Shown: in pieces, positions 57,869 through 64,000 of the stretch
How the letters are laid out: each line of letters begins with the position of its first letter
How positions within the stretch are numbered: position 1 is the first letter of the stretch
IMG/VR virus record: IMGVR_UViG_3300038415_000014
Span: 119,534-183,533 of that record
Length of the DNA: 64,000 nt
Direction: 5' to 3' (one strand)
Source: a virus
Position numbers and translations under genes: made by a program
Notes under the pieces: generated by a model
What the model was told of the DNA's origin: nothing
Databases searched by the model: none
Seen by the model: the letters and a program-made list of their open reading frames with translations, nothing else

Positions 57869-58369
57869 TTACCTACGAATCTTAGCCATGATCTTCTTGA
57901 GCATACGCATCATGTGGAGTCCAGTCATCTCAGGGTCGTCGATTACTTCCCTGAGCTCCACAATCTTGGAGAGGTTAACCCCACCTCTGAGATCACGAGG
58001 TAGGTAACTGATATCGAGTTTCAACCTGCCACCGTGACAACCTATGTGCATTGCAACAGAGTCAACTGGTTGAGGTGGAGCAAAAAAGTAGAACAGATCA
58101 GTCGAGGTCTGACTCGAGTTCATCGAGTACCGGTCCCCAAGAGACCTCCTGAGGATCGAAAGGAAACTAGGAAGAAGAGCGCTGATTGAATCTCTACCTG
58201 TATCCAGTATCTCTGCATCTATTGCAGGATTACTCTGGAATGAAGTCTTGGTTGCGTACCGATCAAATACCCACTGGGGTATCTCCGGTCGATACCCAGA
58301 CATGGCAACCTTGAAGCCCCATCGAGCAGCAACTCTTCTTACTAGGCGGTCCATCCTAGTAAGTAACAC
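57869..58369 (-). CDS. Hypothetical protein with N-terminal RVAARW motif
   Basis: 166-aa ORF. Confidence 0.6.
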   Translation of the reverse strand: MLLTRMDRLVRRVAARWGFKVAMSGYRPEIPQWVFDRYATKTSFQSNPAIDAEILDTGRDSISALLPSFLSILRRSLGDRYSMNSSQTSTDLFYFFAPPQPVDSVAMHIGCHGGRLKLDISYLPRDLRGGVNLSKIVELREVIDDPEMTGLHMMRMLKKIMAKIRR

Positions 58370-58382
58370 ATAGGTAAGTTAG

Positions 58383-58453
58383 TTGGGATACCAGGACTTG
58401 AACCTGGATAGACGGATTCAGAGTCCGCTGCCCTACCATTAGACGATATCCCA
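58383..58453 (-). tRNA. tRNA-Gln(CUG)
   Basis: U1-A72, loop CTCTGAA. Confidence 0.93.
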
Positions 58454-58460
58454 ATGAGGC

Positions 58461-58652
58461 TCAACGAGTATGCTGAACCTTCTCAAACAAGTCAAGTTGA
58501 AGTGTACCCAACGGTTCAGGGGCTAGAACAATCTCTTGCACAGGCTCACCTTGAACCGCGCGCAATGAGTCAGCCCAACATTTGTAGCTACAGTACTCAG
58601 TACCTCGATAGACAACTGGATGTTGCCCGCACCAAGCACAGGGGTGTTTCAT
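58461..58652 (-). CDS. Small Zn-finger protein
   Basis: CAWC...YCSYKC. Confidence 0.5.
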   Translation of the reverse strand: MKHPCAWCGQHPVVYRGTEYCSYKCWADSLRAVQGEPVQEIVLAPEPLGTLQLDLFEKVQHTR

Positions 58653-58662
58653 GGTTACTTTG

Positions 58663-58733
58663 CAGGGTCACTCCGACTTGAACGGAGATTAACGGTTTTG
58701 GAGACCGTCGTCCTACCATTGAACGATGACCCT
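58663..58733 (-). tRNA. tRNA-Trp(CCA)
   Basis: Loop CTCCAAA, G73. Confidence 0.93.
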
Positions 58734-58737
58734 ATAA

Positions 58738-59292
58738 TTACACCAAGGAAGCGTAGCGTGACGCCACTTTCTTGGTAAGAAACTCATCTTCAGTGCAAGG
58801 TGACTGGCGATCAGCCACATCAACCTTGTGAAGCTTGAACTCGATATCAGCCTCTTCGACAGTGGCTCGGTAGGGCCGAACCATATTGATCATGTCTTCC
58901 CACAAGTCAACCCGAGCGATGCTAGGATGCTCTCCAAGTATCCTTCGGATCTGTTCGACCTTGAAGGCTTGTGTGTCTGTACGGTCCGACAAGTGAACCT
59001 CGTCGAACTCAAGACCCCTCTGCCTCAGGAGCTCGTGGACCCTGCTGGTGAACCCCTCCGCGGGACGTCCAGTGAGAAGGACGACGTAGCTGTCACCCTC
59101 ACTCAGGGCCTTCCGAGCTGCATTGACTGTGGACCCGATCCACCAGTCCTCAGGCGGCTCTTTAGGAAGCATTGGTGGGTTCAACGAGACTGGGTCAAAC
59201 CACCAACCATCCTTATCCTTCCACCAGTCCGGCGGGGTAGGGCTGTTGAAGAGCGTCCCGTCGAAGTCAAGGATGTAAAGCCTGCGGAGCAT
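58738..59292 (-). CDS. HAD-family phosphatase (resembles Swiss Army Knife RNA-repair HAD)
   Basis: DFDGTLFNSP, LLTGR, FK, WED motifs. Confidence 0.7.
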   Translation of the reverse strand: MLRRLYILDFDGTLFNSPTPPDWWKDKDGWWFDPVSLNPPMLPKEPPEDWWIGSTVNAARKALSEGDSYVVLLTGRPAEGFTSRVHELLRQRGLEFDEVHLSDRTDTQAFKVEQIRRILGEHPSIARVDLWEDMINMVRPYRATVEEADIEFKLHKVDVADRQSPCTEDEFLTKKVASRYASLV

Positions 59293-59366
59293 ACCCAGGT
59301 CCTAGCATTAAAAGATTGGTGCTTCTGCCAGTAACAACTAGTATGAATCTCACAGAATCAACGAAG

Positions 59367-59445
59367 TGGCGCAGCTAGCGGGATTTGAACCCGCGATCTA
59401 CTCCGTGACAGGGAGCTGGGGACGGCCGGACTCCCCTATAGCTGC
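59367..59445 (-). tRNA. tRNA-Asp(GUC)
   Basis: Loop CTGTCAC, G73, CCA. Confidence 0.93.
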
Positions 59446-59452
59446 ATAAGTT

Positions 59453-59581
59453 GCGGAGACAAGAAGTCGCAAAGACATTGTTGTCGGCTGCTCTGCCAAC
59501 TGAGCTACGTTCGCCGAAGCGAACGGTGGGACTCGAACCCACGACCAGCTGAATGATTGTAGTCCTTACTGCATTCTCCGC
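59453..59581 (-). ncRNA. YrlA-like Y RNA 3 (permuted tRNA domain)
   Basis: GCGGAGA/TCTCCGC closing helix with ATGC/CTTG; canonical variable loop TGGTC, T arm GTGGG-TTCGAGT-CCCAC, acceptor hairpin CGTTCGC-TTCG-GCGAACG, TA linker, D arm GCTC-AGTTGGCA-GAGC. Confidence 0.9.
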
Positions 59582-59583
59582 GG

Positions 59584-59656
59584 TACTCCAGACTGGATTC
59601 GAACCAGTGACCCCAGGTTTAGGAAACCTGTATTCTATCCGCTGAACTACTGGAGC
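59584..59656 (-). tRNA. tRNA-Arg(CCU)
   Basis: Loop TTCCTAA, A20. Confidence 0.95.
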
Positions 59657-60000
59657 GTAACAGGCCAAATCCCCTCACCCTTGGTGAATGACTTGGCTAA
59701 GTTCTCTCGACCTTGGGCTGTCTTCAGATACTCACCGGTTAGATTGCGAACATCCTCCGGGACACCCTCGGCCCAAACTGATTCCTTCAAGTTGACAAGG
59801 CCAATCTCCCAAAACTCTTGAGGCTTGGAATGGGTACCCCGTTTGAAATTGATGCGGTCCCACAACTTGAGATACCATGGCCTAGGTTGTTCTAGATCGG
59901 GTGCGGTACAGTACCCTATAGTACGAGTATAAGGATCATCACAGCAAAGGATCTCGCATCCTGGGTTACTTCTCACATACTGCTTGATAGCTCCAACCAT
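59647..60000 (-). CDS. Hypothetical protein, paralogue of 60034..60351
   Basis: AIKQYVRSNP and EYLKTAQGRENLA; stop lies inside tRNA-Arg(CCU). Confidence 0.6.
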   Translation of the reverse strand: MVGAIKQYVRSNPGCEILCCDDPYTRTIGYCTAPDLEQPRPWYLKLWDRINFKRGTHSKPQEFWEIGLVNLKESVWAEGVPEDVRNLTGEYLKTAQGRENLAKSFTKGEGIWPVTLQ

Positions 60001-60033
60001 CTAGAAGAAGTTTTCGTACCGCATACTCTGGTA

Positions 60034-60351
60034 CTACACCAAGCTACTCAACTCTGGTGATCGCATACCGTTGGTGAGGAGACGCGCCATCAATTGACGC
60101 CCGAGGGCCGATTGAAAGTACTCGGTCAAGATTTCACAAGCTCTCTCTGGGAGATTCTTGACTGACACACTGAAGCTCTTGCACTTGATCCGCCAAGTTG
60201 GTCGATTGAGCAAGAACGGATCGATGTCCTTTATGGTGAACCCATAGAGCAAGTCCTCCGGAACATCAGCGAAGACTATCACGCGCCATGGGTGCTCTTT
60301 CACATAGTACAGGATGGCGATTATCATCTCACGGATGTTTTCGAAATCCAT
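60034..60351 (-). CDS. Hypothetical protein, paralogue of 59647..60000
   Basis: AILYYVKEHP and EYFQSALGRQLMA. Confidence 0.6.
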   Translation of the reverse strand: MDFENIREMIIAILYYVKEHPWRVIVFADVPEDLLYGFTIKDIDPFLLNRPTWRIKCKSFSVSVKNLPERACEILTEYFQSALGRQLMARLLTNGMRSPELSSLV

Positions 60352-60524
60352 CCCCGTGATACACCGAGATCTCTGAGCTGCTCTCTCTCAGAGCACCTGC
60401 TTGCTAACTCTTGTTGGGTGAGTATCCTGTGGTTTCGTCGACCATCGGTCTTACGGAGCATGCACATCCCGCAACAACCCTTGATACCCGCTCGGCGCCG
60501 ATGCCGTCTTTTGAAGTTTGCCAT
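60324..60524 (-). CDS. Small basic Cys-containing protein
   Basis: SD AAGGAGG; MANFKRRHRRR...CCGMC. Confidence 0.6.
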   Translation of the reverse strand: MANFKRRHRRRAGIKGCCGMCMLRKTDGRRNHRILTQQELASRCSEREQLRDLGVSRGWISKTSVR

Positions 60525-60587
60525 GGTTCCTCCTTGCCGCCGTCAGCGGCTCGAACGTGAACCAAGGAATTCTTCGAGATGACACTT

Positions 60588-60884
60588 TCAGACCTTATCG
60601 ACAACCAAGGACCTGCGGAACCTGGGGTCCCCTTCGAGCTTGAACCTCTTGGACGTGTCCTGCCCGGGTGGGAGCTTCATCTCCCACCCCTCTGTCGCCC
60701 AACTATAGTGGTTGACCGTGACCCTGTCTCCGTTGACAGACTTCACCTCTAGCTGAACCCCTCGACGAATCTCAGACCACCAGTCACCGCTCTTCGTCCA
60801 GATCTTGAGGACATCCCCTTTGGACAAGGTTGATGCGACTACGAAGCGAGCAGACACTCTGGAGATAATAGTCAGGTCTTCCAC
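60588..60884 (-). CDS. Hypothetical SH3-like protein with N-terminal RVSARF motif
   Basis: Start placed at GTG (MEDLTIISRVSARF); the track start lies in tRNA-His. Confidence 0.55.
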   Translation of the reverse strand: MEDLTIISRVSARFVVASTLSKGDVLKIWTKSGDWWSEIRRGVQLEVKSVNGDRVTVNHYSWATEGWEMKLPPGQDTSKRFKLEGDPRFRRSLVVDKV

Positions 60885-60913
60885 ATCAAGCAAGCCACAT
60901 AAGTGAAAATTTG

Positions 60914-60986
60914 GGTGACCGACGGGACTCGAACCCGCACATATACGATTCACAGTCGTACGCCTTACCTTTTGGCTACGGTCACC
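60914..60986 (-). tRNA. tRNA-His(GUG)
   Basis: G-1:C73, loop CTGTGAA. Confidence 0.95.
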
Positions 60987-61003
60987 ATAATGCTACTCTC
61001 CTG

Positions 61004-62023
61004 TTACCAAATGGGGAACAGTAGAAGGTTTCGTGGGTTACTGAACAACGGGCTAGGAATAGGAGCCCCAGGAGTCCACAAATGAGTACTACGCGAGTAG
61101 GTCAGAGGGATAACAGTATTTGATGCAAAGTCAGCAGCTAATGCGATATCACCAATGCCATCATTAGCCACAGCGACCTCTCCGATGTTTCCGTACCCAG
61201 TAAACACTTGACCTGCGCTGAAGGTTTCTGTCCCCGGATCATAGTTGATGGTGCGGATAATCCCACCCTCACCCTCACCATTACCACCAATTGCAGATAA
61301 ACCATCAGGTCTCCATGTCACACCATTTATGGGAACTGGTATCGAAACACGATTCCAAACGGATCCGTTCCAGATGAGACCATCTGAAGCTACTGCTGCA
61401 TTATTACTTCCAATGATCGCAGTTGAACCATCTACTGATATACCGATCGCGAAGAATCGCTCACCTGAAGTATTCAATCCAATCGGACTTCCAGATGGAG
61501 CCCAAATCCCTGTGATGGGATCACGCGCGAGCGGATAGGCAGTGTTCCCGAATTTTCCAACTGCTAGAGCACGACTACCATCCCGGGTCATGCGGACCGA
61601 ATCGAGATCAGTTGATCCAACACTGACACCAGTCTTCGTCTCCCATAGTCCCAATGAGAGGTTGAAGTCGTACGGTGTTACCAAGGACGAAAAGTCACCA
61701 CCGGAAAGCGAATGCAACCCATCAGCAGACATAGTAACAGCTGCTGCTGCCCCACCTCCTGAATTAGGAACCAGAGTTCCAGCGGTCCATGTAATACCGT
61801 TGTAGTCAAGAGGTACTATGCCACTGCCTGGATAATTAGCGAATATAAGGCGGGATCCTTGCATATTCGACGCAATGGAGTTTAGGTTGTTAGCACTCGG
61901 ACCCGCAACGATGTTCTCTACAACGGTCCACACACCTGAACTCGAATACAAAAGGTGTGTAATATTATTGGACGAATAGTTCGACACCAGGGCATGCATC
62001 GAGAAGAAGAACTTGCGGCTCAT
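61004..62023 (-). CDS. Beta-propeller repeat protein
   Basis: About seven blades (SADG, TRDG, SVDG, RPDG); start placed at MSRKFFF. Confidence 0.7.
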   Translation of the reverse strand: MSRKFFFSMHALVSNYSSNNITHLLYSSSGVWTVVENIVAGPSANNLNSIASNMQGSRLIFANYPGSGIVPLDYNGITWTAGTLVPNSGGGAAAAVTMSADGLHSLSGGDFSSLVTPYDFNLSLGLWETKTGVSVGSTDLDSVRMTRDGSRALAVGKFGNTAYPLARDPITGIWAPSGSPIGLNTSGERFFAIGISVDGSTAIIGSNNAAVASDGLIWNGSVWNRVSIPVPINGVTWRPDGLSAIGGNGEGEGGIIRTINYDPGTETFSAGQVFTGYGNIGEVAVANDGIGDIALAADFASNTVIPLTYSRSTHLWTPGAPIPSPLFSNPRNLLLFPIW

Positions 62024-62062
62024 ACATAGCCGCCATCCATAAGTGAAATTTGACACTAGTTG

Positions 62063-62145
62063 CGGAAGAGAGCAGAGTCGAACTGCGGTCCTTGCGGGCA
62101 TCCAGGTTTCCAAGCTGGCGGGCGACCACTCACCCCATCCCTTCC
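62063..62145 (-). tRNA. tRNA-Ser(GGA)
   Basis: Loop TTGGAAA, long variable arm. Confidence 0.9.
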
Positions 62146-62154
62146 AAATAGACC

Positions 62155-62236
62155 TGCTCACCCGACGGGCCTAAACTTATTTTCACAAGGTCTACCCTCC
62201 CGGACTGTGCTTCCGAGACTGAGTAGCGGGCGAACA
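62155..62236 (-). ncRNA. Unclassified ~80-nt structured spacer RNA candidate
   Basis: 10-bp closing stem TGTTCGCCCG/CGGGTGAGCA with an internal 12-bp hairpin. Confidence 0.4.
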
Positions 62237-62239
62237 CGG

Positions 62240-62324
62240 CGGAAGGTAGAGGATTCGAACCCCGATGACTTTCACCACCTAGGAAATTAGCAATCTCCCT
62301 CCAGTCCGAACTGGTATACCTTCC
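62240..62324 (-). tRNA. tRNA-Ser(GCU)
   Basis: Loop TTGCTAA, long variable arm. Confidence 0.92.
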
Positions 62325-62334
62325 ATAAGTACTC

Positions 62335-62420
62335 TGGCGGAAGACGGCTGAGTCGAACAGCTTACCCTAAGGTACCCCGGGGTTCGAATCCGGTGGGCGA
62401 CCGCTCACCCTACGCCTTCC
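62335..62420 (-). tRNA. tRNA-Ser(CGA)
   Basis: Loop TTCGAAC, long variable arm, CCA. Confidence 0.9.
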
Positions 62421-63196
62421 ATAGATTCCTCTAGATCTTCGATGAAGTTCTGGAGATCATCTTGGATATACTCAAAGATCGTCTTGGAAGCACCGAGACG
62501 TTTATTGAGACGCTTACCTACATCAGTATCAAAGATCCAAGAAACTAATTCGCCTCCATCAGTTGGTATTGAGTCTTCCCACTGGTCCCAATCCTTTGGT
62601 AAGTTATGAACCCAGTCTTCAAAGTAGTCGAAGCTACCCTCTTCGGTGCGACTAAATGGGAGGTCAGGAATAACTGAGATTATGCGGGTGATTGCTTGCT
62701 TCGCGGTATGGAAGTCGAATGCTTTCAGCCACTCAAGGTTAGCAGGGGTTGGACCCTCTTCAGGCATCTCTGAGAGCTCATCGATCAACTTATCTCGCCC
62801 CCATCCATTCAAAGCCCTGGTTGCAGGTGAGGACTCAATATCCTCAAGTACAGCATCCTCGTCGAATGTCTTACCTCGCCGAGTCAACTCCCTCAGCAGA
62901 GGGGCGACCGCCTTCTTAATCTCAGGCCCCAGTACTAGGGTCTCTGACAAGTCTGTCAGTTCCTTGAGTTTAGGTGTGAACTGACGATTCAGACTGGACA
63001 ATCTTTCGTCGATGGCCTCTACATACCTAGACTTATCAAGGATGGGTTTCGAATCCAAAGCTTGACTCAATGTGCTCAAGTCTTGAACGAGAGGGACCAA
63101 ATCCCAACTCATAAGTGTATGCCATGCCAACTGGAGACGCCTAGCGTCCATAGCCATCTTGTAACGAGCCGCCACTCTGCTGATAATCGAGGACAT
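62405..63196 (-). CDS. Acidic helical hypothetical protein with N-terminal RVAARY motif
   Basis: 263 aa; stop lies inside tRNA-Ser(CGA). Confidence 0.65.
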   Translation of the reverse strand: MSSIISRVAARYKMAMDARRLQLAWHTLMSWDLVPLVQDLSTLSQALDSKPILDKSRYVEAIDERLSSLNRQFTPKLKELTDLSETLVLGPEIKKAVAPLLRELTRRGKTFDEDAVLEDIESSPATRALNGWGRDKLIDELSEMPEEGPTPANLEWLKAFDFHTAKQAITRIISVIPDLPFSRTEEGSFDYFEDWVHNLPKDWDQWEDSIPTDGGELVSWIFDTDVGKRLNKRLGASKTIFEYIQDDLQNFIEDLEESMEGVG

Positions 63197-63225
63197 CGAC
63201 TAGGAGTGAATGACCAAAAGAATAG

Positions 63226-63299
63226 TCGGGGTGACACGATTTGAACGTGCAACAACTCGGACCCAAACCGAGTCCTCTACCAAATTGAGGTACACCCCG
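63226..63299 (-). tRNA. tRNA-Pro(UGG)
   Basis: C1-G72, loop TTTGGGT. Confidence 0.93.
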
Positions 63300-63302
63300 A
63301 TG

Positions 63303-63360
63303 AAGTCGAGACAAGGATCGAAAAGATGCAAGCCTTTCGGCTCCGGTGCATTCTCGACTT
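63303..63360 (-). ncRNA. Minimal Y-RNA-like element 4 (no tRNA domain)
   Basis: AAGTCGAGA/TCTCGACTT 9-bp closing stem with ATGC/CTTG; a single AGCC-GAAA-GGCT hairpin. Confidence 0.7.
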
Positions 63361-63363
63361 TAG

Positions 63364-63446
63364 TACACGAGAGAGGACTCGAACCTCCACGGGATTTCTC
63401 CCAGTAGCACCTCAAGCTACCGCGGTTGCCTTTACGCCACTCGTGC
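63364..63446 (-). tRNA. tRNA-Leu(GAG)
   Basis: Loop TTGAGGT, long variable arm. Confidence 0.93.
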
Positions 63447-63480
63447 GTGAGTAATTCACTTCTACACTAAGGTAAGTATC

Positions 63481-63792
63481 ATGGATCGGACACTTCAAGA
63501 CTTCGAGGACAGCGTCATCGCTTGCAACCTAGTAGCTAGGGTTGCTGAGCAGAGTACTGAAAGCGTTGTACTAGCCGGTGCTGATGACAGCAGGCAGCTT
63601 ATAGATCGCCTCGAAAGGTTAGTATCCTCAGTCGAGGATAAGACCCAAGAGCTACGAACCGCCTTTAACAAGTACCGACATGACCCGAGCAAGATGGCTC
63701 CTCAGTTGAGCAACATGATTTCGGCTGCATCAGAGATAAGCTCGAACCTACGAGTCATCAACCGTACCCTAGACGGTGTCAAGAAGGCTTAA
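63481..63792 (+). CDS. Helical hypothetical protein; the only plausible plus-strand gene
   Basis: 103 aa with amphipathic helices; fills a gap with no minus-strand feature. Confidence 0.55.
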   Translation: MDRTLQDFEDSVIACNLVARVAEQSTESVVLAGADDSRQLIDRLERLVSSVEDKTQELRTAFNKYRHDPSKMAPQLSNMISAASEISSNLRVINRTLDGVKKA

Positions 63793-63803
63793 AAGTCCGG
63801 TGG

Positions 63804-63879
63804 TCGCCAGTGACAAGGGAACGTGCAGACGTCTATTGTTTTTGCGATAATGTAGTCTTACACAGCATTCAACTGGCGA
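63804..63879 (-). ncRNA. Minimal Y-RNA-like element 5 (no tRNA domain)
   Basis: TCGCCAGT/ACTGGCGA stem, GAATGCTG, AGACTACA, GTCT, CTTGTC. Confidence 0.75.
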
Positions 63880-63931
63880 AAACCGGAACTTAGAAACCTG
63901 TACACCGTCTTGCTTAGAGTTGCAAGGAAAA

Positions 63932-64000
63932 GTTTGACCCTGACAAGGGAACGGCAAAGAATGGGTGTGGCCTACGCATTGATGTTCCCAGGGTTCCTTG
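63932..64000 (-). ncRNA. 3' half of a probable sixth Y-RNA-like element (cut by the window edge)
   Basis: Shares CGTTCCCTTGTCA (13 nt) with element 5. Confidence 0.5.

Noticed and set aside
60530-60590. T-loop-like GTTCGAGC upstream of the small basic ORF
   Set aside because: No supporting T stem, acceptor or D arm

Overview
A 64-kb segment of a large (jumbo-type) tailed dsDNA phage genome, almost entirely encoded on the minus strand. Read in window order: (1) head morphogenesis and packaging (1-16.6 kb): an intein-containing prohead protease running off the window edge, portal, three tandem paralogues, a type IB topoisomerase and the terminase large subunit; (2) transcription, replication and recombination (16.6-42 kb): sigma-70-like factor, NusG fused to a 5'-3' exonuclease, DnaX/HolA/HolB clamp loader, beta clamp, TOPRIM primase, split SbcC plus SbcD, RecA, RuvC, RecD2, NAD ligase and class II RNR; (3) GroEL and an RNA repair/modification cluster (SpoU methyltransferase, Tpt1/KptA, RtcB, DEDDh RNase, vWA, HNH; 42.7-50.5 kb); (4) tmRNA and a 12-kb array of 29 tRNA or tRNA-like genes mixed with small cargo genes. 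The most notable signal is absent from the ORF track: a family of at least five complete and one partial Y-RNA (YrlA)-like ncRNAs sharing a GAAUGC...CUUGUC terminal helix. Three carry a circularly permuted tRNA domain, two lack it, and four start at or within 3 nt of a tRNA 3' end. Also notable: a tRNA-Arg with a 55-nt structured anticodon-loop insertion, an MKRRRRR minigene upstream of an HNH gene, a recurring RVAARF/Y motif in unrelated proteins, and capsid-like fragments in cargo genes. No CRISPR array was seen. All family assignments come from motif recognition by eye, without database searches.
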